NCBI GenBank assembly: GCA_963693365.1
Contig: CAVNZM010000002.1
Location: forward strand, 7,594,454 to 7,658,453
Reading direction: 5' to 3'
From: Amoebidium appalachense
Lineage: Eukaryota; Protista; Ichthyosporea
DNA length: 64,000 nt
Below, one piece after another: positions 33,290 to 46,116 of the stretch (the stretch's first letter is position 1; every line of letters starts with the position of its first letter). A program made the position numbers and the translations under genes. Below the pieces are notes generated by a model. The model was given only the letters and a program-made list of their open reading frames with translations. It was not told the origin of the DNA and searched no databases.

Positions 33290-34570
33290 TGGGGGGGGAT
33301 GAAAAAGAAAACCACTCTTCTCTGCTTAAGTTCACATGGTCGGATCTCGATCTTACGTCACCGTGCATGCAGAAGGGGGCCACGGTATGTGTGTGTGTGT
33401 ACGTGTGTGGTGGTTTTGGTGGGGGGGGTCGGAAGGGGGGGGGGGGAGGGGGGTGGGGAGGGAGGGGGGAGGAAAAGGAGGGAGAGGGGGGGAGGGGGGG
33501 GGGGGCGGGGAGGGGGGGGTTCTTGTCTAACCCGTGTGCCCAGCACCCACAGATACCATATTTTCGCAGGCTATTTTTCAGCCTTTGGGACTCTCGTCAC
33601 CGTGGTGGCAGTTTTAGATCTCGAGAGCATACGGGGTTTTTGACCCCCCCACAGTGGGTAATTTTCAATTCGTGTGGACACAGTGCACTCGGGTCGGCAG
33701 TTGCACTTGTCGGAGCGAATATTCATGAAATTTCATGCTTGGCACGACAAAAACCCTTTGCAAATTGGGTGCGAACCGTCTATCTTGCATGTATACCACC
33801 GCTCTGGATATCTACTTTGGTACACATCATAGGGGGGTTTATATCGCCTTCGGTGGACGTCTACACACGAATATTCAGGTATATTTGAGTGCTACTGGTC
33901 AACTTCATCATATGTGGGGGTTCAACAGTCTCCCTATACCACATTTTCCGATACTTCAGGGAGAAGCAAAGACAAACAGCCGCAAGAGAAGTACCCCCCG
34001 CCTCAGAGGAATTTGGAGCTTCGCGCGATATGCAAGCCGCCATAGGAGAAAGCAATATGAATTCGAAACCCCAATGTCCCAGCTCTCAACACAAACCCAA
34101 TTATCCTGTTGCGGGGTGAGTGAAAACAACCTTCCTCTCACAAGTACCCAATTACAAAGCGTCCCTGCAAATTTCCAGGCTCGTCTTTCGAACAACCGCT
34201 CCGCAAAATCAGGATATTGTTGATTTTGGCGGCGGTTGGATATTCGGTGGTTTATTTGATTACGGATGCAAATGTAGTGATGGCTCTTGTAAATTTTCAT
34301 GAACCCTATACACAGTGCGACCCACTCCCTCGCCTGCCTCGGTTCATCATTGGCAGCTTTGTCATGCAGGGGTGGAAACTGCTTGGATTTCTTCTGTTCT
34401 TTTATTATTTTGATATATCCGCTGAAAATTCGGCTTCGGGGATCCATAGGAGTGCGTGCGAAACACGCCGAAGAACGAAAAAGTACACACCCGACCTGTC
34501 AAATATAAATCAATATTGTAGCATAGCCGGTGAAAGTGTAGAGCAGAACACATGTACACGAGTTCAGTGA
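32292..34570 (+). pseudogene. Disrupted seven-transmembrane (GPCR-like) receptor gene
   Basis: Exons ~32292-32515, 33065-33110, 33553-34570 give seven hydrophobic segments with a long loop between TM5 and TM6 and a polar tail, but need frameshifts at ~32493, ~33640 and ~34117-34180 and read-through of TGA 33886-33888. Confidence 0.65.
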
Positions 34571-36410
34571 AACCGTATTTATATGTCCGTTGTCCAACCA
34601 GATTTTCGATGAAAATTCGCCTGAAGGCAACATAACGGTGCAACGTACATATTCCAAATAGCCCCGGTGGCCCTGAGAAATCCATTCAGTGTGATGAAGC
34701 GTACATACGATTTGGAGAACTTAGAGATAACACAAAAGCACTATAGAAAAAAGCAAGGGGGAGTATTTTCTGATGGATGTATCGACTGATAAGGGATTGT
34801 CTAGTATCATGTATATCAATGCGAGTGTAATAGGTTGCCAGTATTTTCTAGCATGCAATATGTGACCAGCTGCACATGTGTCAGGAGATCTAGATTTTCA
34901 AAGTTGGCGACATTATTGAAGCAATAACTGTAATGCATTGTATGAAGTTGTAAAACAAAAATAGCCATGCTTGATTATTCCGCAGCTGCAGGGGCAGTGT
35001 TATGTCATGATAATCATTATTGTTATCTGGCGGGAAAGAGGGGCGGCGAGGAAGGGGGAAGAGCACACTGACACATGTCGCCCATCCCCCCCCCCCCCCC
35101 CCCTCCCCCCCCACCTTTCTTTTCCTCTCCCCCCCCCCCCCCCCCCCCCCCCTTCACCCCTCCCCCCTCCCAACTCCCCCTTCCCCCCCCCCCCCCCCTC
35201 CCCCCTCCCCCCTCCCCCTTCCCCCCCCCCCCCCCCCCAGCCCCCTGAGGCTCCTGAGGGCGCTTCGGGTTCGGCTGTTATCCGCTCAATTAATGTCCCC
35301 CCTCCCCCCCTCCGGCCCGCCAAATATCGAGCGTAGGTCGACCAGCACGTCCGGGGTATCGATTCCGGTCCAGCAACTTAAACATATGATTGATGACTAT
35401 CGCTAGGAGAGAAATGTGTTGCACTCAGATGTGTACACCAGCCCACTCAGCTGATTATACTGAGGAAACGGGTTTATATATGATCGGCCCAACATGTGTC
35501 ACGAATGCAGATGCGGCAACATTGCAACACTGAGGCCTGCACACAGTACATCTGAACGTGCACAAGCACTGCACTTAGTAACCACATGGACACAGTCATG
35601 CGCGCAGTAATCACGTGGGCACAGGCAAATGCATGGCGATTGCACACAAGTATACCCTAGCTGCTAGTCATGACGAAGTCAAAGTATTTCGTAATCTCCC
35701 CCCCCCCCCCCCCCCCCCCCCACCCACCCACCCACTCAACAAAGTACAAGCCTAAACGGGACTCAATACATATTTAGAGTACGCCAAGGTGGTGTGTGCA
35801 TGCCTACACACGACCATGGGTGCTGGCGGGTCGTGCGCACAGTAGACGTCATAAAAACGATTAACACATCGACTAGGTGGACACGGACAAAACACACTTT
35901 CGAGCCTGCACGCACACGCACACACACAGGCATGACACTCAGGCCACACACAGAGGCAAGACACATACACATTTGCACACACACACACACGCCGGGCCAT
36001 ATGCGAACGCATGCCAAGTAGTGCACACACTTACACAATTCACAACACACAGTCGGGGTCAACGGTTGCAATCATGACTGTTTTTTGATTATAATGATCA
36101 CGCACCACAAAAGGGTTAAGGCAAACTACGACAGGCACAGCCTGTTACAAACTAAACAGTGGTAGGTGTTAAAGGCATATCGCTTGAAATTCTGCTAAGA
36201 TACTAATAACGAGGCACCCACACCATCGCGATTTGTTTTGGCGTATAGTGATGAAGCCAAGTTCATCGCTACATCATACATCCCATATAAACCCCCCATA
36301 TTTCCCTAAATCACCAGAATCTTCGATATCTGTCATGCACACAGTAGTTATCAGCTTGCCTACCTTTAGTACATGCTAGCTAGAGCAAACTCTACCCCTC
36401 ACACATGTTC

Positions 36411-36504
36411 ACAGTGGTACCTCTTGCGCATGTGCACACAGTGATTGGTACCTCTTGCACTTGTGCGCACAGCGAAGGGCCTCTTGCACATGTGCACACA
36501 GCGA
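36411..36504. repeat. ~30-bp tandem repeat x3 just downstream of the CDK stop codon
   Basis: CCTCTTGC.C.TGTGC.CACAG.GA repeated three times. Confidence 0.85.
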
Positions 36505-36514
36505 ACCGTGGGGT

Positions 36515-37438
36515 TTATGCGCCAACCTGTGCGCGAATGTCGTCAAAGTACGGGTGTTCGAGTGCCCCTCTGGCCGTGATGCGGAACGCAGGGTCTAGAA
36601 CAAGCATTTTCTGCAAAAGAAAGAAAAATTAGTAAACAAACGAGTATTTTCTTTCAGAGTAAGAAAAATGAGTAATAGATATCAACAGGTGTGGTGCAAG
36701 GAAGATCCTAATAGAAAGACGAAGCTACGGATCAAAAACTGTGAGCACAACTACAATAGTGCCACATGTGAAAGATTTCGCTGCCGAAGTTTGTCTTGTG
36801 TGTGCGCACATTCACCACGTGGCACAAATCTATGGTGACTGTATGTGGTGTGTCCATATGAAGGTGTATGCAAGAGAGCTGTGTCCATGTGGTGACCGTG
36901 TATGGGAAAGAGTCCAAAAACGAAACAAAATAACAGTGCCTTGCACAAAAAGAACGGCCCTTGAGGAGGAGAGCTGGGTGTGGGTGGGTGTATGTATGTG
37001 TGTGTGTGGTGGTGGTGGTGGTGGGTGGGTGGGTGGGGGGGGGGGGGGGGGGGGGGGGGGGGCATACGGCAAGCAGGTCGTATCCTGCCGGGCAGAGGTT
37101 AGATACGATGGTGTTGAGGGGCTTGGGACGGTTCTGGGGGAACGAAGGGTTGAAGTCCGGCAGCTCAGACACACCGGGCCATGTCTCCTCGTTGGGGGTT
37201 CCGAGCACCCTGCAGCCACACAAAATGTGAGATGGATGTGTGTGTGTGTGTGTTGGAAAAAAAAGAGGGGTGGTGGTGGTGGTGGTTGTGGTTGGGGGGG
37301 GGGGGGATTCACTTCAGAAAGTATGATATGCAAGTTCACCGACAGGCAATCCTATGCACACATTTCGCAACCAACACACAGAGTATACGACATAATCCTG
37401 ATCCCATCCCCGGGGAGGAGGAGGAGGAGGAGGGAGGA

Positions 37439-37485
<47 letters not shown>

Positions 37486-37781
37486 AAAGGGCACGCACGC
37501 TAGAACAAGCACGATAGCACGCAACACGGGCACGCGCAAGCCCATGATCAGGGGCAGAAGGAAGAATGGCCGAGGCCTATCATGACCATTTGGCCGTAGC
37601 CGACAGGTTGCAGATATCCCCCGTTTTCTTTTCAGTGCACCATGCACGCACTCGATTCTAAATCACACCTTATGTTTGGCCAAGGTTGGCTTCCTGGATA
37701 TCGGTGGAGATTCCCCCCCCCCCCCACCACCACCCTCACCCTCACCCCCCGTTTCTTTCTTCTATCTATCGAGGGTTGTTG

Positions 37782-37837
<56 letters not shown>

Positions 37838-38002
37838 GGGGGGGGGGGTGGGGGGGGGGGGGGGGGGGGGGGGGAGGGGGGATGCATACTTGAAGACCCT
37901 GAAGAGCTGGTCGATCTCGGAGTCACCGGGGAAGAGGGGGCGGCGGTTAGCAAGCTCGGCAAAGATGCAGCCCACACTCCAGATGTCAACGGGCGTGGAG
38001 TA

Positions 38003-38052
<50 letters not shown>

Positions 38053-38619
38053 AGGAATAGAGGATATAAGGTTGGCAGACGGAAAGAGCGAGGGAGAGAG
38101 AGAGAGGGAAGGGGGAAAGAGGGTGTGTGTGTGTGTTTTTTTTTTTTGGGGGGGGGGGAGATTAGGTTGTGTTCTGTAGTACGAGGTACACATTTCCGAT
38201 GGGCAAAACACCAACAACTTTTTTCTTTGGTGTTAAGTATGTTCTTTTCCCTTTTTCGTTTTCATCTAAGGGGACGAGGGGGGGGGGGGGGGGGGGGGGG
38301 GGGGACTTGACTGCATGGGTTTCGTAGCCTACACAGCTATACTGCCTAACCTATTTCCTACCACATACCCCCACCCTTATGTTTTATTTCCCAAGCAGAA
38401 CAGGCAAACAGTTAAACGGACGGAACTGTGGTTTGGTGGTTACAAGAGGCACAGAGGACGTCTGGCGGATTCTGGTAAAATAATGAAGGATGCGGAAAGG
38501 AAAGCCACAAATTGTTTGTGTTTGTAGGTGTAGGTGTGTAGGTGTGTAAGTGTGTGTGTGTGTTCTCTTCCTTTCTTTCCTTTTCCTTTTCCTTTTCCTT
38601 TTCCTTTTCTTCTTCTTCT

Positions 38620-38652
<33 letters not shown>

Positions 38653-38783
38653 GTGGTGGTGGGGGGGGGGGGGGGGGGGGAGGGAGGGGGGCAGGTTGTA
38701 TTGTGATTACAAAGGATGCAAAAGGTGTAAGATGCGCCGTGCGTGAGCTCTGACAGAAAGAGAGGGTGGGTGTGGGATCCCCG

Positions 38784-38818
<35 letters not shown>

Positions 38819-38882
38819 TTCAAATCCAGCACTCACTTCTTGCCACCCAGAAGAATCTCCGGCGCGCGATACCACAAGGTCA

Positions 38883-38922
<40 letters not shown>

Positions 38923-39137
38923 GCGTTACCAAACTCGTAAGCAAATAAAAAACACGAGAGGAAAGCGAACCGAGAAGGGAGCAAAAGCCGAAAGACTGAT
39001 ATTGGGACAGTAAAGTAAAATGCTACAGAAATCAGCTGTAGGATAGAAATAAGAGCACAGTGCCAAGCAACAAACGGGGAGGAAAGGGGGGAAAGGGAGG
39101 GAGGGAGGGAGAAAGGGAGGGAGGTGGTGGTGGTGGT

Positions 39138-39168
<31 letters not shown>

Positions 39169-39309
39169 GGAAGGGGTTGTTGTTGAGGAGACGCTTTCCA
39201 CATGTGGTGGAGGTGGCGTGGTGGGGGTGTGATACCATCACTGGTAGGGCGAGGTGGCCGGTGTGCGAGAGCGTGTGTGTGCATGTGTGATTTGAATGTG
39301 TGTGTGTGT

Positions 39310-39345
<36 letters not shown>

Positions 39346-39455
39346 GCACCTCGTGGGTGTACTGTGGCAGGGGAATGCCAAAGGCTCTTGCCAGGCCGAA
39401 ATCGGCAAGCTTCAGGTTGCCCTCTCTGCGCAAATAGGTGTCAGTACATGCTCCC

Positions 39456-39504
<49 letters not shown>

Positions 39505-39929
39505 GGTGGGTGGGTGGGTGGGGGGGGGGGGGGGGGAATGATAGGGATAGATGAAGAAATGTCCCGGGGAGTGATCGCATGCCGGAAGAGGTATACGTGT
39601 GTGTGTGTGTGTGTGTGTGCATGGCGGGAGGGGGGCGGGGGGTCTGCTGCTGCTGACAGCATGGTGGATTGGGCGAGACTTTTGAAAGTCACATAAGACA
39701 GCACACAAATCAAAAACACCGTGGGTGGATAAGGCGCGACAGGAGAGCGGGGAAGGGGGCTCTCCATAGGGGGATGTGTTTATGGGTTTGCAATGTAATA
39801 GGGTGCATTTAATACATCCACGACGGGCAGGACAGGAAAAGTTGCTGCACAAAGAGCATTGCACAAGGATTATGCATCATCGTCATTATTGATGGTGGTG
39901 GTGGTGGTGGTGGTGGTGGTGGTGGTGGT

Positions 39930-39966
<37 letters not shown>

Positions 39967-40104
39967 GTAACCGGCATTAAATTTCACGAATGCCCAAACT
40001 CGAGAAACATAGATGTGCCGCATAGACACATACAACACACAGAAACATGACACAAAAGTGTACCGCACAGACCACATAGGTGCCCAATAGCATGAATAAT
40101 CCGG

Positions 40105-40146
<42 letters not shown>

Positions 40147-42354
40147 TATATATTGTACTTATCGAGGAGCAGGTTCTGAGGCTTAAGGTCACGGTGCAGC
40201 ATACGGCGGGAATGGCAGAAGTGCAGCCCCTGAAGCAGCTGCCACATGAAGCTCTAGAACGCACACACTTGTGTAAGTGTGTATGGTCTCTGACGTAATG
40301 GCCCTCCCCACCAAGCCAAGACATATACAAAGTCGAAATAAAACAAAAGAAGAAAGACAGAAAGGAGGAATCGAAAAAGACTGCCCCGCCTTCCCCCCCT
40401 TTTCCTACCCCTGTATTTCACACACACAACCCTCATCGACAGCACACACCCTGGACACCTACACACGTCCTATGTATCGGCATTTGTTTCGCAGACACCG
40501 GCACCTTTCTGCCTTACGCATTTTTCATCTCCGTATCTCCACGTCCAGCTTTGTATGCTCCCTTGCCCGAGTCCTAGATATCTGATTCCATTCCCTACAC
40601 ACATTTGCCTACCCTGCCTCTCATATACGCTACCATGCCGATCTATCCGTCCAAACTGATTGGTTTTCTTGTCGACGGAAGACGTGTGTGTGTTGGGGGG
40701 GGGGAGGGGGGTAGGTAGGTAGGCATGTGCATGTGTGGTGTGGCTGTCTAGTTGTGTGTCATTTTCACCTCGGGCCCCTTTGTGTCCGCCACCCTACACG
40801 GCCCACTATCCCACTGTCAGACACCAGCACACCTATGCCCACACCCACCCACCTACCCACACACATACGCACACCGACCCAAATACCCACATCCCCACTC
40901 GCACCAACCCACCCACACCCATCCACACACACACCTACCCCCCCCCCCCCACCCCCCACCCACACCAACCCACAAACCTTGACATGTGCGGGGGTGAAGC
41001 CGCTGGGGGGTGCGGTGTCGATGTACTTCTTGAGGTCCTGGTCCAGGTACTCAAACACGAGCAGCAGCCGTGCATTCTCGCACACAACGTCCAGAAGCCT
41101 GCACACATGCGCACGTACCACTTGTGAGTGTCTACTCACTGCAGGGAATTCTTTCGACTTTCGATACAGCAAAGGGTGCCTTGAAATTCAAAAAGATGGG
41201 GGTAGAGGAGGGAGGGGGGAGTAAGCGAAGATGGGGCGGGGCGTGGGGGAGGGGGAAGGGGGGAGGGAGGAAGAGGTGGCAGGGGTAGGTCTTGCTGGCC
41301 AAAGTTAATGACAGGCCATGCTCACCCAGCCCCGTTTTCACCTTCAAAAGACAAAAGAACATTAATGCTTAGAGGTGACTGTGTAAACACGGACAGGTTT
41401 CAACCAGCTACAGAAACAGCAAGCAGGGCAGAGTAGGGCACGTGTGGGGTGGCAGTGGCACCGATGTGCAAGGGCACCTGCTCGTGCACACGACAGGAAG
41501 GAGTGGAAAACAAGCGGGCCTGGGACTATTTTGGTGGCTCGCTTTTGAGGAGGGGCAAAGCCGCTTGCATGAGAGGATGGCAGGGTAATTCAGGGGAAAG
41601 GTACCTTTTCCTCGCAACTAATGTTCTAGGCTACTACTCCTTTGCAAGATGCATGGAGTCCGCAAACCCCCTCCCCCCCCTTTCCCCCCACACACATACC
41701 CAACCCAGAACCCCCAACTCCCACCCCACCCACCATTGCCGAAAAACGAGAATTCACGTACTTCACAATGTTTTGATGCTGAAGCTCCATCAGAGCAGAC
41801 ACCTCACGGATGGCAGTGGAGGGAACACCCTCATCGTCTCCTTCGAGTTTAATCTTCTTAAGAGCAACCGTCTCACCTGTAACCAGCACATAGGTGTTGA
41901 GAAGATAATCGGAAAAACGCGTACACGTTGTGAGAGACAGTTATCGAAAAGTGTAACGAAGATTCGCTCCCTCACAAAGCTGTTCGTTTGCAAAAGTAAA
42001 ACCGATAAGACTGGGCTTCATGGCCGAAGATTTAACCCTATCAATCTTTTGGTATGTGTAAAAACGTATCATGTTCTACAAATACTATTGTTGTCTCTGC
42101 TGGCCACAACCTACAAGTGCTTGACCACCCCCCAAAAAACTAAGTCTGTTGCTGTTCGGAGGATCACTATAAGTTCCCTTATCTCCTACCCCCTCCTCCC
42201 CCCGCCTCCACTACCCAAAAAACTAGAAGTGTATATCGTGCAAGATTTCTCTAGAAGGGATAACATGAATCTTACCTGTCTCTTTGTTCTTGGCCTTGTA
42301 GACGACACCATAAGTGCCCGACCCCACCTTCTCGAGCTTCCGGTACTTGTCCAT
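36515..42354 (-). CDS. CDK1: PSTAIRE cyclin-dependent kinase (CDK1/CDK2/cdc2 clade), 295 aa, 9 coding exons
   Basis: Exons 42354-42276, 41876-41762, 41098-40978, 40253-40159, 39425-39350, 38886-38837, 38003-37890, 37209-37068, 36610-36515; total 888 nt. [59 protein letters not shown]. One acceptor reads CG (38005-38004). CDK1 versus CDK2 not separable by eye. Confidence 0.93.
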
Positions 42355-42949
42355 TTTGAAACCTGTGTTTAGTGCAGAAATTGCATCAGAAAAACAGAAA
42401 TTAAAAACTGCTGTACTATGGCCGTGTGCTTTCGCCCCTTTAAAGCTTGAAATCAGACCTATGCTAGGTTGTGGGCGTCCCCGGAAAGCTAGCATAACTT
42501 TCTCTGCGTGCCTCCTCTCGTTGCACTGAAATAAACACCAGAGCCTCAAGTAGGCTATTAGTGTTGCCTTCTTCCACAAACTGCATTTACGTAGGCCTAC
42601 AATTAATCCAAACAAGGGTCTTTACAAAATGAATGTTGTGCTCAAGTTTTCCCTCTTATATCCCGCGTTTCCTGGGGCAGCTAACTCAACCCAAGTATGA
42701 AAGGCGCAGTTCTAGACATCTCACTTCGAGTTTTCAAAGATCTACAAGCAATAGCAGGAAAAAAAGGATCGGGGTATCACACCTGCGGTAGAAAGAAAGA
42801 AAATGTGTTAGTAAATAAAAAACTTGAAGTCACGACTATTCCATGTAACATTGGTAAAAAATTGATCACTCGGAAAACGTTATCGCTTCAACAGCACGAC
42901 TTCTGTGTCTTTTGTCCGAGTCGGGGCCCGGGTCCGGGGGACGGCTCCG

Positions 42950-43165
42950 GGCTTGTCTTGAAAATGCGCGCCAAAAAATTAAATGCACAGATCGAAATCC
43001 CGCCAAATGACCACCAAGCGAAATGATTGGGTAAGATCGCTTTCTTCGGCTCTAGATCAATCAGACAGCTTTTTTATTTTTGAGCGAGGAGTGTAAATAT
43101 TAGCAGCTGACAAAGCCGTTCCCAGGTAACGGTCGCGTTGTGTCTGAGAACAGATTTCGAAGGAA
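42950..43165 (-). promoter_or_regulatory. Putative CDK promoter with E2F, Myb, CHR-like and CCAAT motifs
   Basis: CTTGAA 42957; GCGCGCCAAAA 42966-42976 and TCCCGCCAAA 42998-43007 (E2F-type); ATTGG 43026; CCGTT 43116; TAACGG 43127; TTCGAA 43156. A possible 5'UTR intron (42782-42363) would place these near the TSS. Confidence 0.55.
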
Positions 43166-43352
43166 ATATTGAAAGAAACATGAACGACGAAACAATAGAG
43201 CAGTCGGTTTCTCTATGGTGATGCAGCAGTATACTTACTACCTAATTAGTGTGCGTTCGCACAGGAAGGGCGGTCACCCTCTTCAGGTTAGCATTGTGAC
43301 TTGTACCGTGAGATGGGAGAGGCGGGAGGCCGGGGGGAGGAGCGGAGGGGAG

Positions 43353-43409
<57 letters not shown>

Positions 43410-44584
43410 GGAGAAGAAGAGAGTGGAAAGATATGATCGCTTCCAGTGTATTTTGTGGAAACTTTCGCAGTGAACGACCGACTTAACGTCTTTAGGTTGA
43501 TCAGCTGCAAACAGGAACAAGTTAAAAAGTGTAAGACATAATATTCTGGAAAGAGGTGGTTCAAGAAAAAGCTGTTACTATGCACTGTTCCATTCGTCAA
43601 CTTTTTCAGGACGCATCTTTCTGAGTCACCTCCTGATAATTTTATGACTACCTCTGCTCCCCACCCCCACCGTCCCTCCTGCTTGAATGCTTGATTACCT
43701 CCATGCAGCACCCTCCCCCTACCATCCCATTCCCCCATCCATCGTTTTCGAAGTCGCAGCCCGGTTAATGAGTAGCTCATAATTTACGCCCCTCCCGCCT
43801 TTCTCCCCCCCTCCCCCTCCCCCTCCCCCCTTTTTCCACACCCACACCCACACCCACACACCCACCCCTTAGTGCATAAATACACACAACCCCTCTTCCA
43901 TTTAGTTATTCAATAACCTGGAAGGGGGATGGCCTGGGAAAAAATTTGGGATCTGGCTTTGTCCGATTGGGTTTAGGTACCAGTGTATAATTTACTAAAC
44001 GAGACCTCCGTGTCCAGCACAAGTGGAGAGTACAAAAATCTATCAGCACATCTCAAGCACAATACAACAGGCACCACTTGCGTTCAATACAACTATGGAA
44101 AGCGCAATTCACGATCTAAAGGCACGTCTCGTGCATCTTCAGATACTTGCTGGGAAGGTGGTTTAGCCAAAGTATTTATCTACCAAATATCTGTTATATC
44201 CCCTGTAGGACAGCACTTCAAGAAAGCGTCTACACGGTGTTGGCATGGTTCAGATTACTCTGTTAGTTTCTCCCCTCTCCAACCCGGCCCACACACACCC
44301 TACTCTTTCCGGGGAAGGAAAAAAGGAAAAAAGAAAACAACAAAAAAAAAAGCTCGAGCCCTTTCATCAAAATGTTATCTAAGGTAAATCTATATACTAT
44401 ATACACCTCAATCAGAAAAGGTTTCTCTGAGCCTCTTTATCAAGTATCAGTAACTTTGAAAAACATGCACCATGCAGATGTGCATGGCAACCCCAAACTC
44501 AGATAATTATCTACAAACCTTGAAGAATCCTGACCAGGGGCTCCGTTCGATTCCTTCTCGAATTATCAACCACACGAGTCAAAC

Positions 44585-46068
44585 TCAGTTCAGCGCCTCG
44601 CACATTGCCGTGATTTCAACGTTAAACTCCGTAAACCACTTAGCCTTGCACCCGTTGCAATAGTCATCCACACATCTCTTTTGGCCCGGCACCTTGCACT
44701 TTGAGATGGAGCAGGGTGCAATGTTGCCGCACTTTGCCGGGTTGGCCACGCAGATTTGCGCCGCAGACGGGAGGTCGCAGTTGTAGTTACCCTCAACACA
44801 CTGGCACTGTTTTTGTTTTTTGTTTTTTTGTTTGTTTTTGGTGAGGGGGAAAGGAGGGGGGGGGGGGGGGAGGGAGGGAGGGGAGAGGGGGGGGGGGGAT
44901 GGTTAGAATGCAGAGCACTGTATGGAAGCACAATTACGCATTGAGAACACGGTGCAGGACACCGTTGCAAACCCTTCGAAATGCTCCCCCCCCCCCCCCT
45001 CCCTTTCCCCCTCAACCCCTTCAATGTCCCCCTCCCCTCCCCTCCCCCCCCCCCCCCCCCCCCCCGGAGCCCTCCGCCCACACACACAGACACAGACACA
45101 CACACACACATCCCGGCAACCCCTCACCCCTTTTTTCTACTGATTCGGTCGGTTCTATTAACTTTTTCGTACTTTTGCTTGCCACCACCACCGCGACGTC
45201 CCCAACCCTCCTAAACCACCACCCCTTTGCACCCCCTGGAAGCCCTGCTTTTCCTCCCCAATGCCCCCCTCCCCCTCCCCCCTTCCCCCCGTCCCCCGTC
45301 CGCTCTCCGCACCTCCCTTTTCCCTCCCAACTCAGCCCTAACCAAATTCTTCGCCACCCACACCCATGCCCACTTACCACTTTCTGGTAACCAGCGTCAA
45401 ACCCCGTCCAGCCACTTGCCACCCACAGTCCACTAGTGGTGTAGCACCCGCAGAAGCTCAGTGAATTTTCTCCGTTCATGGCCTTAAGCAGTTTTTTCTC
45501 TGGACGGGGAACAGCGCGGCCCATGTAGAAGAACCCACACGAGTTAAGGTGGAAGACACCCTTCGGGTCATCTCCCTTTTTTCCTAATGCGGTAGTAATC
45601 AGGTCTCCCTGCTTGAGCAATGGGAGACCGCACTTGTCGGCATCCATCGGCACAACAACCTTCGCATCGCTTCCCTGTTTTTTTTTTCAGGAATAATATT
45701 AGTTTTTTGTTTTGCCAACGGTTGTTTGTGTTAAAGAGAGAAAGAGTAGGCCATCAGGGCGGGGAGGGGGGGGGGGGGAGGGAGGGGGAGGAGGGGGGAG
45801 GGGGCGGGTAAAGAGAGAGAGAGGGAGGAAGGGGAGAAAGAGTTCGCGCGTTTTCGTGTGTGCGTGTAATTGTGTGTGTGTGTGTGTGCCTGTGCGTGTG
45901 TGTGCCTGTGCGTGTGTGTATGTGCGCCTGTGTGTGTGTGTGTGTGTGTGTGTGTGCCTGTGTTTGTGTATGTGTGTGCCTCAGGCTGTGTGTGTGTCTG
46001 CCTGTGCCTGTGCGTACGTGAGTGTGTTTGTGTTAGTGTGTGTGTGTGTCTCGCTCTCTCTGTATGTA

Positions 46069-46116
<48 letters not shown>

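Noticed and set aside
33886-33888. TGA recoded as Trp/Cys/Sec, suggested by in-frame TGAs in the 7TM, SOAT and zinc-finger relics
   Set aside because: UBE2C, USP22 and the TIMP-like gene end in TGA, no intact gene has an internal TGA, and the 7TM and SOAT relics also carry frameshifts.
43180-44390. Plus-strand gene divergent from the CDK (MNDETIEQ..., MESAIHDLKARLVHLQ)
   Set aside because: Splice-like sites exist but no open spliced frame or recognisable family could be built.
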